A stretch of DNA of 64,000 bases from an uncultured delta proteobacterium (GCA_963775425.1 CAVZJB010000003.1:1-64000); one strand, 5' to 3'; positions 1 to 10,732 are shown, counted from the stretch's first letter. The notes: generated from the sequence alone by a model not told the origin. Translations and numbers: made by a program.

Positions 1-743
1 TTGTAGATGACCGCCTGACGATGAAGCGGGATGTGGTCGGCGTGCTTCGACACCAACACGTGCGCGAGGAACCCCGGCTCGACCATCGCCTTCGGGATCG
101 TACGCTCCGGCACGTCGGCGATGAACACTCGGCGCGCGAGTGGCGCGCGCCCGAGCGGCGGAGCGCCGGCGATCGTCGCCAGCGGCGCATCAACGGGCGC
201 AGGCGCCGGCGGTGCGGGCTCCACCCCGGCGGGCGCGGCGTACTTCTCACGCACAACCTCGATGCGCACGATCGACGCCGGCTGCCGCTCGACGAGCTGC
301 GTGACCTCCTCACCGATCTTCTCCAGCTTCTCGCCGCCGGGGGCGAGCCGCTCCGGCGGAAGCAGCACGAGGCGGCGAAGCGGCAGATCCTCGAGCTCGA
401 GCTTGCGCCGCCCCTGGCGCGCGGGCTTCGACGGTTTGTCCGCGTCGTCGTTCTTCGCAAGCGCGGCCTTCGCCTCGTCGAGCGCCTTCTGCGCTTCGTC
501 GGCGGCGGTCTCGTCGCCGGCCTGAAGCCGGCCGATCGCCGCGAGGAACTCGATGAGCGGCAGCTCCGCCTGGGCCTGCGCGTTCTTCATGCGCTCGGCC
601 TTCGGACCGAACACCTGCCGCTTCAACAGCTCGTGTTCGAACAAGAGCTTGTCGTACGCCTTCTTCAGCGCCTCGAGCATCGCCACCGTTTCGAGGTGGC
701 GTGCGCGCAACGCGTTGAGATCGACGGCGAGCTCTTCGGCCAC
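1..743 (-). CDS. tnpC: IS66 transposase TnpC, N-terminal part (truncated by window edge)
   Basis: Read manually from GTG at 743: VAEELAVDLNALRARHLE...LLKRQVFGPKAER, the leucine-zipper/FG-x-K-x-ER motif of IS66 TnpC; directly downstream of tnpB. Confidence 0.88.
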   Translation of the reverse strand, partial: MAEELAVDLNALRARHLETVAMLEALKKAYDKLLFEHELLKRQVFGPKAERMKNAQAQAELPLIEFLAAIGRLQAGDETAADEAQKALDEAKAALAKNDDADKPSKPARQGRRKLELEDLPLRRLVLLPPERLAPGGEKLEKIGEEVTQLVERQPASIVRIEVVREKYAAPAGVEPAPPAPAPVDAPLATIAGAPPLGRAPLARRVFIADVPERTIPKAMVEPGFLAHVLVSKHADHIPLHRQAVIY

Positions 744-751
744 GTCATGAT

Positions 752-1144
752 CTATCGCCGTGGCGTCGGGGTTGGCGAAGAAATCGACACTTTCGCGCGC
801 GCCTCGCGCACGATCTCTCGCGTCGTCGCACGCTTCTTCGCGCCGTCGAGGATCGCCGCCAGTTGGCGGGCGTCGACGGACACGCTCGCCACCCCATCCT
901 TCGCCACGGGCAGCGTCACGCGATAGCCGGCGTCGAGCCGCGTGTAGAGCAGGCACCACTGGTGCTCTGTGCGCCAGAGTAGCTTCGCGCGATCCTTGCG
1001 CGCGTTGGCGAAGGCGTAGACGACGCGCCCGACGGCTGCGTCCTGCTGGAACCTGTCCGCCACGGCCGCGACCAAGCCGTCAATCGAGCGGCGCATGTCG
1101 ATGGGCGCCAGCGCGACGACGATACGAAGACCGGCGGGGATCAT
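752..1144 (-). CDS. tnpB: IS66 accessory protein TnpB (Orf2)
   Basis: MIPAGLRIVVALAPIDMRRSIDGL...FANARKDRAKLLW matches the DMRxxxDGL and F-N-x-x-x-D-x-x-K-L-L-W motifs. Confidence 0.9.
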   Translation of the reverse strand: MIPAGLRIVVALAPIDMRRSIDGLVAAVADRFQQDAAVGRVVYAFANARKDRAKLLWRTEHQWCLLYTRLDAGYRVTLPVAKDGVASVSVDARQLAAILDGAKKRATTREIVREARAKVSISSPTPTPRR

Positions 1145-1464
1145 CGGCGCTCCGCGGCGGTGAGAACGCGGATGAGTGCGTCCTCGCAGAACGACATCGG
1201 CACGCGCACGACGCGGCCGTTGGTCAGCGCCACTTCGATGCGCTCGCCGGCGGCCTCGACCAGGACCGGCTCGATCTCGACGAACGCCGGCTCCGCTCGA
1301 GCGAGCGCTCGCGTCGGCCCATCCGAGCGTCCGAGGAACCAGCGCCACCACGACAGCGTCCTCGCCTTCACGCCCTCACGCGACGCGAACTCCGCGCAGG
1401 ACAGCCCACTCTTCTGCCACCGCGCGACGCGACGCGCCCACGAGGCCCTCGACTCCCTCGCCAT
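1141..1464 (-). CDS. tnpA: IS66 accessory protein TnpA (HTH)
   Basis: WARRVARWQKSGLSCAEFASREGVKARTLSWW and FVEI...IEVALTNGRVVRV; 4-nt overlap with tnpB. Confidence 0.88.
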   Translation of the reverse strand: MARESRASWARRVARWQKSGLSCAEFASREGVKARTLSWWRWFLGRSDGPTRALARAEPAFVEIEPVLVEAAGERIEVALTNGRVVRVPMSFCEDALIRVLTAAERR

Positions 1465-1534
1465 GCACCACCTCCGCGCGCGCGACTACCGCGGCGAGGT
1501 GGCGCCGCGAGGACGTACTTGGCCGGCCGGATAC

Positions 1535-2098
1535 CACGTTGTGCCACCGGAGCGCGAGCATCTCGCCGAGGCGCAGGCCCGCGTCGCCGCCGAGGAGCAC
1601 GAGCAGCTCCGCGCGCCCGCCGACCTTCTTGGCGGCGGCGAGGAGGCGCTCGTAGTCGTCGACGTCGTAGAACGGGCGCTCGCTGCCGTGCCAATTCAAG
1701 AGCTTGATGCTGCAGGGCAGGGTGTCGATGACGCCCCACTCCACGGCCTTCTTCAGCATGACGTTCAAGACCGTGAGCGTGTTGTTCACGGACTTGGGCG
1801 ACAGGTGCGCGAGCCTGGCCTTGAGCTTCTGCACGTCGGCGTTCGTGATGTCGTCGAGGCGCGGGTCCCCGAGGAGCGGCACGTGGTACGTGCGCAGGAT
1901 CTGCTCTTTGTTCCAGATGGTGCTCGGCTTCTGCCGCTCGGCGCGGCAATGCTCTTCCAGGTACCGCTCGCGAAACTCGGAGATGCGGGGTGCCGGCGGC
2001 TTGTCGATGACCTCCTCTGCTGTCGAGGCCCTACCCGCGAGCAGCCGCTGTCGCTCGCGCGCCTCGCCCCACTTGCGGGCGGCCGACAGCGACGACAC
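1535..2098 (-). pseudogene. Tyrosine recombinase/phage integrase fragment interrupted by IS66
   Basis: SAM-like core (KSVNNTLTVLNVMLKKAVEWG) and box I (DAGLRLGEMLALRW), then homology ends at the IS66 end; no clear start upstream. Confidence 0.85.
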
Positions 2099-2266
2099 GG
2101 GAGCGACGATGCGCTCTGTCCGGCACTGACGTCCCTGGCGCCGGCCGCTCCGCGGGCGGCGGCCGGCACGCGCTCCCTGTGGGGCTGCGCCCTGGGCCCG
2201 ACAGAAATCTCCGATTTTCGGTCCGGATGAACGCGGTCTCGCGCCAAAGTCCGGGGGTCGCGGATA

Positions 2267-2292
2267 TGGCGTCCCCCTGCGGGATCCCGTGT
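2267..2292 (-). other. Degenerate tRNA 3'-end fragment (tRNA-Glu-like), probable att-site remnant
   Basis: Plus strand TGGCGTCCCCCTGCGGGATCCCGTG; the reverse complement ends GGGGACGCCA (acceptor stem plus CCA); TTCGA loop missing; next to an integrase. Confidence 0.55.
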
Positions 2293-2341
2293 GCCCCGCA
2301 CTTCAACTGGGCCCGGTGAGGTGGCAAGCTCGGCGGCGCAT

Positions 2342-5300
2342 ATGCCCACCATCCCCAAGAAGCTCGTCGTCGCGCAGGTTGAAAAGAAGGTCGACGTGCG
2401 CCACGTCGAGGACGTCGGCGCGGTCGGGACCGTGAAGGCCGTCGGCGACGCCGGGAAGGCCGCGCCGCCCGGGGACCGCTTCGTCGGCAACAACGGGGAG
2501 GCCGCGGTGCCGCCCGCGCCGCCGTCCAAGCGCGCGATGCACCCGCAGCTCCAGGTGCAGCACAAGGTCGAGGCCAAGGGCGAGCAGCAAGTCGAGCAGC
2601 AGTACAGCGACTGGGCCAAGAAGTACGACGTCGACACCGCGTCCTACGGCTGGTCCGCGCCGCAGACGCTGCTGTCGCGCCTCACGGCCACCGCCCCGCC
2701 CACGAGCAGCCAACGCGTCCTCGACGTCGGCGTCGGCACCGGGCTCGCGTCGGTCCCGTATCTGGACGCGCGCTCGCAGGTCACCGGCGTCGACGTCTCG
2801 CAGGAGATGCTCGCCGAAGCGAAGGACAAGCACCCCGAGTTCCACCACCTCGACCGCTACAGCATCGACGACCCGCTCGAGACCGCGGGGCTCAAGCCCG
2901 GCACGTTCGACGTCGTGCTCTCGTCCGGCGTGCTGCACTTCAGCAAGGATCTGAAGAAGACCCTCGGCGAGCTCGACCGCGCGCTCGCGCCCGGCGGCAC
3001 GCTCGCGTTCACCTTCATCCCACCGCAGGATCGAAAGTTCGGCGCCAACACCACGCTCAACGACATCGACGGCGTGAAGGCGCACCTCGAGAAGCTCGGG
3101 CTCACGCTCGTGCACGACGAGGAGTTCGTCGCGTACCACGACAAGGGCAAAGCCGATGATCCCGTGCGCTACGCGCTGGTCGTCGCCAAGAAGCCCGGCG
3201 AGACACCGGCGGTGCCGGCGTCGCTCGACCGCACCGCCAGCGTCGATCGTGCGCGCATCGCCCGCCTGATCGGCACGCCGCTCGTCGACGGGCCCGCGAG
3301 CACCACCTGGGTGCCCGCGAACGATCCGCGCATCGCCGCGCAGTCCAAGGCGCTCCTCGACGCGATGCACGCGCAGCTCGCGGCCGGTGGCGACGTCGAT
3401 CTCGCGAAGATCCCGTTCCCCAGCGTCACCGCCGAGAGCGCCCGCCAGGGGTCGCCCGGCGTCGACGCGCTCGTGGTGCTCGCGCACCCGGACGACGAGA
3501 GCGTCTACACCGGCGGCACCGTGGCGGCGCTCACGAGCGCGGGCAAGAGCGTCTCGCTCGCGGTGGCCACCGACGGCGGCGGCGGCCGCGGCGGCAACGC
3601 GGCCGAGCTGCAGAAGAAGCGCGGCGACGAGCTGCAGAGCGCCCTGTCGGCCCTGGGCGTGACGTCGCTGTCGACCCTCGGCTTCAACGACATCGGCAAG
3701 TACAAGGACATGCACCGGAGCGAGCCGCTCACGGGCGGTGACACGCTGCGCACGTGGGGCTTCGACGCGCTCGTCGAGAAACTCGTGAAGCAGATCCGCA
3801 CCGAGCGGCCCGGCACTCTGCTCACCTTCGACTCCACGCGCGATCCGAACTTCTCGCTGCACGGCCACCACATGGCGGTGGGGAGCGCAGCGGCGGTCGC
3901 CGTCGCGCTCGCCGCGGACCCAAACGCGTTCCCCGATCAGTTGAAGGGCGGCCTCAAGCCATGGGCCGTGCTCGAGCATGACGTCGTCATCCCGAGCGGA
4001 ACGCCGGGCGGGCGACAGGTCACGGTCCAGATCGATCCGCAGGCGAAGCGCACAGCGTTGCGCGCGCACGCGTCGCAGAGCTTCTCGCTCGAGCGCGCCA
4101 TCAAGGATCCCGGCGTCACCGAGACGTGGCACACGTTCCAGTCGCGCGAGCCCACGCACCTCCTCGACGACGTCAAGGTGCACGCAGGCACCACCACGAT
4201 ACCGCTGGCGTCCGGAGAGCCGGCGCTCGCCACGCGGCTCCGCGACGGCGACCCCGCTGTGCAGAAGCTCTATCACGCGCGTCCCGTCGAGCAGGTTCAC
4301 GCAGAGACCACCAAGCGACCCATCGCGCGCAAGGAGATCGCCGCGCTCATCACCAAGCAGATGACCGCGCTCGGTCCGCTCACCGGCCCGCAGAAGAAGA
4401 ACCTCGAGCGGCTCCTCGACGAGGGCACCGGCGTCGTCGTCACCGGCCAACAGACCGGCGTCCTCGGCGGCCCGCTCTACTCGCTGTTCAAGGCCCTCGG
4501 CGCCGTAAACCACGCGTCGGCGCTCAGCGATCGCGGCGTGCCCGCGGTCCCCGTCTTCTGGCTCGCGTCCTACGACTCCGACCTCAAGGAAGTGCAGGAC
4601 ATGAAGGCGGTGGGCGCGGGGGATTCCGAAGACGCTCAGCCTCGGCAATCGCATCACCGAGCGGCCCGTGGGCAACGAGAAGCTCGGGCCCGGCGTCACC
4701 AAGATGCTCGACGAGCTCAAGGCGGTCCTCGAAGAGACCCACGCCCCGCACATGGACGCGGCGCTCAAGCTCGCGCACGAGTGCTTCACGCCCGACACCA
4801 CGTTCGCCGCGGGCTTCTCCAAGCTCATCTTCGAGCTCACCAAACAACAAGGGCTGTTGATCCTCGACCCCAACGCGCGCGAATTCTCGTCGCTGGCGCG
4901 GCCGGTGCTCGAGCGCGAGCTCTTCGCGCCCACCACCTCGAAGACCGCGATCGACACCGCCAACGAGCAGCTCGACGCGCTCGGCCTCAAGCCCCAGGTC
5001 CACGGCGGCACCGACCGCCTCAACGTCTTCTTCGTCGACGACGTCGGCAAACGCGTGTTCTTGAGCCGCGCCGAGGACGGCGGCTTCACCACCGGCGGCA
5101 CGCCCGCCAAGCTGAGCGCCGACGACGTGAAGAAGATGCTGACGACCACGCCCGAGCGCTTCACGCCGAGCGCGCTGTTGCGGCCCGTCGTCGAGGATCA
5201 AGTGTTGCCCACGCTGACGTACGTCGGCGGGCCGTCGGAGGTCTCGTACTTTGCGCAGATCGGCGGCGTCTACGACTGGGCAGGCGTGCCGATGCCGCAA

Positions 5301-5984
5301 GTGCAGACGCGGCCGTCGTTCGCGTTCGCGAACAAGAAGGACATCGCTGCGCTCGAGAGCGCGACCGGCCTCGGGATCGACGCGCTCCTCGCGCACGACG
5401 CGCCGCTCGCGATCCTCGGGCGCGCCGGTCTCACGCCGGAGGTCCGCGCCGCGTACGACACCCTCGACGCCGCGCGCGCCGCGGCCGGCGCGGCAGCGGC
5501 CGAAGCGGAGAAGCTCGCGAACGCACACGACTTCCCGTCCCTCGCCGCGCTGCAGAAGTCGGTCGCCGCGGAGGTCGGCGCCGCGCTCGACGGCGTGCTC
5601 GCGGCCGTGCGCACGGCGGGCCTCGAGCGCTGCGACAAGGGCGTCACGTTCGGGCGCGACAAGATCGGGAAGATGCTCGAGGGAATCGAGGCCGACATCG
5701 AGAAGGCCAAGAGCAATCCGGGCTACACGCCGCCGTCGGCCGCGTTCGGGCGCGTCGCCCGCGAGCTCGCGTCCCTCGACGCTCAAGCCGTGAAGGTCGG
5801 GCGCCAATCGCGCCCCGACCTCATCGGCGCGTTCCACAAGCTGAGGCCGGGCAACGAGCCGCAGGAGCGCACGATGACCATCGTGCAGCTCGTGGCCGAG
5901 CTCGGGCTCGACGCTGCGGACACCTTCGTGTCGCTCGCGCAGGTCGGCAAGCCCGGGCGCACGCTCGTGGCGGTCGACGGGTAA
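2342..5984 (+). CDS. bshC: Fusion: class I SAM methyltransferase + PIG-L deacetylase (BshB-like) + BshC cysteine-adding enzyme; +1 frameshift at G5 run 4618-4622
   Basis: VLDVGVGTG (SAM motif I); AHPDDE...HGHH (PIG-L); TGQQTGVLGGPLYSLFKA and PVFWLAS, then in the next frame PERFTPSALLRPVV..LPTLTYVGGPSEVSYFAQ and PQER (BshC). Removing one G joins the frames into ~1213 aa. Confidence 0.85.
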
Positions 5985-5986
5985 CG

Positions 5987-7381
5987 ATGTCGAAGCTCGC
6001 GTCTCACCCGCGCCTCGCGCCGCCGGCGATCCTGCCGGCGAAGCTCGGCCTCGCGACGACGACCACGACGACGGGGACCACGGGAGGGGCGCCCGTCGCT
6101 GCGCTCGATCAGTTCGCTTTCGCGCGCATCGACGAAGACCGCAGCACCCTCACGCGTGCGTTCCACAAGGCCGCGGCCAAGGCGGCGATCAAGGAGCAAG
6201 CGTTCACGGTCGCTGCGCCGTTGAACATCGGCGTCCTCTCGCTCGGGGGCATGGGGGGCAGCGCCAGCGTCGCGCGGACCGCGGCCGAGGGCCTGCAAAA
6301 GGCGGGGCACCACGTGCACATGATGACGAGCCACGGGGCCTTCTGGAATGACGCCGCCGCGCACCCCGGCATCAAGCTCGCCGAGATGGGCGTGCCGGAG
6401 TCGCCCAAGGAGCCGGACGCGTCGTGGGTGGGGCCGCTCACGGAACAGATCGTCGCGTATGCGCGCGAGAACAAGCTCGACGTCATCAACGTGCACTACT
6501 GCACGGGTATGCTCGAGGCCGCGATCGCCGCGAAGGAGATCCTCGCGAAGGAGGGCCACAAGCTCGGCGTCGCGGCGACGCTCCACGGCACCGACGTGAC
6601 GACGTGGGGGCGCTCCGCGAAGCACGGGCCCGCGCTCGCGGCGCAGTTGCAGAAGTGCGACCAGGTGTCGGTGGTCTCGCATGTGCTCGCGGATCAGGCG
6701 AAGCAAGCCTTCGGGCTGTCGTTCGAGCCCACGGTCATCTGGAACTCCATCGATCGCACGCGCTGGAACCCGACGCAGTGGTCCGACGTCCGCAAGCGCA
6801 TCGCGAAGGACGGCGAGGTCATCCTCTGCCACGTGTCCAACCTGCGCGCGGTGAAGCGCCCCCTCGACGCCGTGGACACGCTCGCGAAGGTGCGCGCCGC
6901 GGGGATCCCGGCGAAGCTCATGCTCCTCGGCGACGGGCCGCTTCTTCAGGACGTCTACGAGCGCGCGGCCGAGCTCGGCGTCGACGAGTACATCATCCCG
7001 ATGGGGCGCATCGATCCCGAGAAGCTGCCCAAGTACGTCGCCGCGGCGGACATCAACCTCGTCACCAGCGAGAACGAGAGCTTCTGCCTCGCGGCGCTCG
7101 AGGCGTGCGCGTGCGGCGTGCCCACCGTCGGCACCCACTGCGGCGGCCTCGACGAGGTGATGGGCAAGGTCGACCCCGGCGTCGATCGCACGTCGCGCTT
7201 GCTCGTGAACATCGGCGACAGCGACGGGATGGCGAAGAGTTGCATCAGCCTCGTGAAGAACAAGGCGCGGTACAAGCGCGTGCAGAACCAATGCCTCGGC
7301 CTCGCGCACAAGGCGTTCCCGCGCGACCTGCAGGTGCAGGGGTACCTGACGCTCGTCGACGATGCGCAGGCGGCCCGTTAG
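5987..7381 (+). CDS. bshA: BshA-like GT4 glycosyltransferase (GlcNAc-malate synthase) with N-terminal extension
   Basis: GGSASVA..GHHVHMMTS, LDVINVHY, TLHGTDVT, HVSNLRAVKR, SENESFCLAALEACACGVP all match BshA motifs; ATG 2 nt after the bshC stop. Confidence 0.88.
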   Translation: MSKLASHPRLAPPAILPAKLGLATTTTTTGTTGGAPVAALDQFAFARIDEDRSTLTRAFHKAAAKAAIKEQAFTVAAPLNIGVLSLGGMGGSASVARTAAEGLQKAGHHVHMMTSHGAFWNDAAAHPGIKLAEMGVPESPKEPDASWVGPLTEQIVAYARENKLDVINVHYCTGMLEAAIAAKEILAKEGHKLGVAATLHGTDVTTWGRSAKHGPALAAQLQKCDQVSVVSHVLADQAKQAFGLSFEPTVIWNSIDRTRWNPTQWSDVRKRIAKDGEVILCHVSNLRAVKRPLDAVDTLAKVRAAGIPAKLMLLGDGPLLQDVYERAAELGVDEYIIPMGRIDPEKLPKYVAAADINLVTSENESFCLAALEACACGVPTVGTHCGGLDEVMGKVDPGVDRTSRLLVNIGDSDGMAKSCISLVKNKARYKRVQNQCLGLAHKAFPRDLQVQGYLTLVDDAQAAR

Positions 7382-7386
7382 CCAAC

Positions 7387-7422
7387 GCGCCCGAGCCGGC
7401 TCGCGTGCCCTTCAGTTTTTTT
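7387..7422 (+). terminator. Possible intrinsic terminator between convergent genes
   Basis: Palindrome CGAGCCGGCTCG within a GC stem, followed by a T7 run. Confidence 0.4.
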
Positions 7423-7424
7423 CT

Positions 7425-8885
7425 TCAGTTCCTGCAGCGCGAGGTGAACGCACGCAGCAGGTTCTGCCGGGCGAACTGGTCCTCACGGAACGACCACAGA
7501 TCGAACTTCTTCTCGGTGTCGACCTTGCCCTTCGCGGGCAGCTTGATGGCGCAGTACCACCCGAGCCCGCGGGTACCCACGACGAGCTTCTCCCCGACGT
7601 TCGCCTCGATGCCGTTCACGTTGGCACCGGCGGGGATGAACCAGCTCTTCTTCTCGCCGGGCGTCTCGAGCTTCTTCGGCGGGAGCTGGCGCGGGTCCCA
7701 GCCAAGCTCACCGCCCTCGTCACCGACGCGCAGCGTGGCCACGAACCCGATCTCGGGGTTGCCGTCGACCTTGCCGTCGTTCTTCGGCAGCTTGTTCTCC
7801 ATCTCGACGACCCAACCGCCGCCGGGCGTGTCGGGCCCGTCCTCGACGCGGCTGACGACGATGTGCGGCGGATCGAAGTCTGTCTTCAAGCGCGCTTCTT
7901 CACCGCGGTAGACCACCGGCTTGAGCTCGTCGTTGAGCGCCTTGCCGTCGGGCCCGAAGAACTGGACCTTGTTCATCTTCTCCGCGCGCTTCTCCTCGAC
8001 CTTCGCGTGGTCGAAGAAGTCCGCGGCCACCTGGTCCGACGAGATCTTGAACTTCTTGAGATCGACCTCGACGGTGCCCTCGGCCGGCAACGGGATGTTC
8101 ACGCTCCCGTAGCCGCGCACGCCGGCGCGCAGCTCGCGGCCCGCTTGCGCGATGACGCCGTAGTTGCCGCTGGCCTCGATGCGCTGCATCGCCGCCGAGT
8201 CCTTGTCGGGGCAGGCCATCGACTCCAGGCCGAGGCCGGAATTCTTCTGCGCGCCCTCGAAGACGCACGTCCCGATCCACGGCGTGTCGCCCTTGTTCTG
8301 GAAGCGCACCTCCCAGTGCGACAGCGAGCCACCCTTGCCCGGCACGGCGGTGACGCTGACCGTGCCCGCGCACGGTGGGCCCTTCCTCTTGGCGGCGAGG
8401 AGCTGCTCCACGCGCGCGCGGATGGCGTCCTTGCCTTGATCGAGGTGCAGCTTGTTCTGCGCCTGCGCCGCATAGCTGCGCATCGACGCCGTGCTGTGCG
8501 CGGCCTCGTTGCCGTACCACTGGAAGTCCTTGAAATCGATCTCGATCATGTCGCCGTCGAGGGGCGGGAGCTCGACGGTGGTCACCGCCGCGCCGCGCAG
8601 ACCGACGCGCAGGAGCGCACCTTCCTGGATGGTGACCGAGCCGCCGTTGCCCTGGTGCGTGTAGACGTCGCCGTACTTGAACGCGAGCCGGCTGCCGTCG
8701 TTCGGGTTCACGGGCAGCCCGTGGCCGTACTTCACGTGGTCGTCGTGGACCCTGAGGTTCTCCTGCCCCTTCTGCAGGACGTTGTGCGTCACGCCGATCT
8801 CGCGATCGCCCTCGTTGACGACGAGCATCTCGTACGTGCGCTCCTTCTCGTTGGGGACGATGAAGACCTTGCCGCGGATGGGCAT
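7425..8885 (-). CDS. Hypothetical protein, three-module beta-rich family (paralogue 1)
   Basis: Clear similarity to 29583..31022 and 31120..32634 (YGH, LRVGLRG, GLGLESM, GNYGV, GVRGY, GLGW); TGATG coupling to the upstream gene. Confidence 0.85.
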   Translation of the reverse strand: MPIRGKVFIVPNEKERTYEMLVVNEGDREIGVTHNVLQKGQENLRVHDDHVKYGHGLPVNPNDGSRLAFKYGDVYTHQGNGGSVTIQEGALLRVGLRGAAVTTVELPPLDGDMIEIDFKDFQWYGNEAAHSTASMRSYAAQAQNKLHLDQGKDAIRARVEQLLAAKRKGPPCAGTVSVTAVPGKGGSLSHWEVRFQNKGDTPWIGTCVFEGAQKNSGLGLESMACPDKDSAAMQRIEASGNYGVIAQAGRELRAGVRGYGSVNIPLPAEGTVEVDLKKFKISSDQVAADFFDHAKVEEKRAEKMNKVQFFGPDGKALNDELKPVVYRGEEARLKTDFDPPHIVVSRVEDGPDTPGGGWVVEMENKLPKNDGKVDGNPEIGFVATLRVGDEGGELGWDPRQLPPKKLETPGEKKSWFIPAGANVNGIEANVGEKLVVGTRGLGWYCAIKLPAKGKVDTEKKFDLWSFREDQFARQNLLRAFTSRCRN

Positions 8886-10732
8886 CACTCGCCCCCAGGG
8901 ATGCGCTGCTGCGAATAGACCACGCCGGCCTGCTCGGGCAGCTCGGCGCCGAACGCGTGCGCGACGGCGTCATTGGGTTGCTGCGGCGACGGTGTGAAGT
9001 ACAGCGGCGGCATGTGCCGCACGGTGCCCTTGCCCTCGATGCCGAGCACGGACCCGGCGCTGACGACGCACCGTGCGAGGTTGACGTTCGCGTTCGCCGC
9101 GCGATCGACCTCGGGCCCGACGGCGGTGATGGTGACGCTGAAGCGCTTGGGCACGTTGTCGAGCGTGAAGGTGGCGCGCTCGCCCTTCTTCGACAGCGAG
9201 ACGGTGCGGTGCACGGCGCTGCCGTCCTCGTTCTTGATGTCGACCAGGAGCGCGTGCGCGCCGTTGTTGCGCGCGTTCACGACGACGTCGACGTTGCCGT
9301 CGGCGCGCACGTTCTTGACCTTGATCCACACCGACGGCGGCGTGAGCTGGATGTTGCGCACCGCGTGCACGGGGTAGGGGTCGATGCGCTTGTTCACGTC
9401 GGCGTCGAGCTCCGCGAGCGCGGCCGTGAGCGGCGCGACCTTTTGCTCGGCGGCGTCGAGCGCCTTGTTGTCCGCCGGCTTGTCGTACGACAGCTTGCCG
9501 ACGTTGGGCGCGCCCTTGGCGGTGGCGTCCACGGCGGCGGCGATCTTCTGCGCCCAGTGCTTCACGTTGAAGCCCGCCGCGGCGCCGCACGCCTCCGCGT
9601 AGTCGACGAGCTGGGCCTTGAGCGCGCCGCTCTTGAGGTCCACGAGGCGCTGCACGCGCTCGTCGAACGCGTCCTTCTTGGGCCGCTCGACCGCCGCGGC
9701 GGCGTCGAGCGCGGCGCTCCGCTGCTGCACGAGCTGCGCGAGCGGCTGGAGCTGCTTGCGGGCATCGGCGGCGGCGAAACCCTCTTTTTCGCGCGTCTCA
9801 TCGAGCAGCGCCTCGCAGAGCTCGTGGACGTCGCCGCCGGGGAGCGCCTTGTCGTCGATGCCGGGGAGCAGCGCCTTGCCCTCGGCGACCCTGGCGTCGA
9901 CGGCCTCGGCGTCGGCGAGCACCGCGCGGATCTCGCCCTGCACGGCGACGAGGTCGCGCGCGTTCGCCTCGAGCTGGATCGCGGGCTGGAGGGCAGGGGC
10001 GAGCTTCGCGGTCTCCTGCTGCACCAGCGCCGTGATGGCCTGCAGGTCCGCGGGGCCCACGTCGGGCTTGTTGAGGAGCGCCCCGAGCTCCTTGTCGACG
10101 GCGGCGCCGATGGCGTCGAGCGCCTTGTCCACGGCGGCGAGCGCCTTCTTGGCACCGGGCACGTCCTTGGCGCGATCGGTGATCTGCGCGAGCTGAAGGC
10201 GCGTCTGCTGGAGCGGCCCGTCGTTGAACGCGGTGACGACGGTGCGCAACTGCTCGCGCTGCTCGTGCGCCGCGTGCTTCTTCGCGAGGTCCGCCTCGAG
10301 CGCGCGCAGCGCGATCATCGAGACGGCCTTGTTGGTGATGACGTCGCCGGCGTCGTCCGAGATGACGCGCGCCTCGACACGCACCTTGAGCCCGTCGTGC
10401 TCGGCCTCGAAGGGCTGCCCCGGCTTCACGGTGCCCCTGGCAGCGAGCGGGTGGTACTTGCGCCAGGCGACCGCGACCTTGTCCTCGCCGACGAGGCGCG
10501 CGATCACGCGCTCCTCCGCGTGCCCGTGGCACTTTTCACAGCCGTCGGTGCCGTCTTCGCCGTGGCACTGGTAGTTCTGCGCCTGCGACAGCACCACCTT
10601 GGTCGCGTCGCCCTCGACGCCGGCCTTGGGATCCGCGGCGTTTTCGAGGATCTGGTGCGCCAGGACGTCGGGGTCGGCGTCGCCTTTGCGCCATACGTAG
10701 GTCACGACGTGGAGCTTGTGTTGCACCGGCAT
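8885..10732 (-). CDS. Hypothetical protein: N-terminal domain with Cys/His cluster, long helical/coiled middle, beta-rich C-terminus
   Basis: Protein-like composition from ATG 10732; CHGEDGTDGCEKCHGH; TTGACA-17nt-GACCAT upstream. Confidence 0.75.
   Translation of the reverse strand: MPVQHKLHVVTYVWRKGDADPDVLAHQILENAADPKAGVEGDATKVVLSQAQNYQCHGEDGTDGCEKCHGHAEERVIARLVGEDKVAVAWRKYHPLAARGTVKPGQPFEAEHDGLKVRVEARVISDDAGDVITNKAVSMIALRALEADLAKKHAAHEQREQLRTVVTAFNDGPLQQTRLQLAQITDRAKDVPGAKKALAAVDKALDAIGAAVDKELGALLNKPDVGPADLQAITALVQQETAKLAPALQPAIQLEANARDLVAVQGEIRAVLADAEAVDARVAEGKALLPGIDDKALPGGDVHELCEALLDETREKEGFAAADARKQLQPLAQLVQQRSAALDAAAAVERPKKDAFDERVQRLVDLKSGALKAQLVDYAEACGAAAGFNVKHWAQKIAAAVDATAKGAPNVGKLSYDKPADNKALDAAEQKVAPLTAALAELDADVNKRIDPYPVHAVRNIQLTPPSVWIKVKNVRADGNVDVVVNARNNGAHALLVDIKNEDGSAVHRTVSLSKKGERATFTLDNVPKRFSVTITAVGPEVDRAANANVNLARCVVSAGSVLGIEGKGTVRHMPPLYFTPSPQQPNDAVAHAFGAELPEQAGVVYSQQRIPGGE

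Larger units (their letters stand above)
1..1534 (-). mobile_element. IS66-family insertion sequence (left end at ~1534; runs off window start)
   Basis: tnpA-tnpB-tnpC order on minus strand; minus-strand sequence starts GTATCCGGCC at 1534, exactly where integrase homology stops; IS66 ends typically start GTA. Confidence 0.85.

Noticed and set aside
2244-2320. Intact tRNA gene
   Set aside because: Only an acceptor-stem/CCA-like fragment; no TTCGA loop, D arm or anticodon arm.
2291-7381. 1696-aa ORF as a single real protein
   Set aside because: The middle (~4620-5985) is Arg-rich off-frame text; BshC motifs continue in another frame and BshA has its own ATG.
10520-10572. CxxCH motif as a c-type cytochrome
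   Set aside because: No signal peptide for periplasmic heme attachment; more likely a metal-binding loop or chance.
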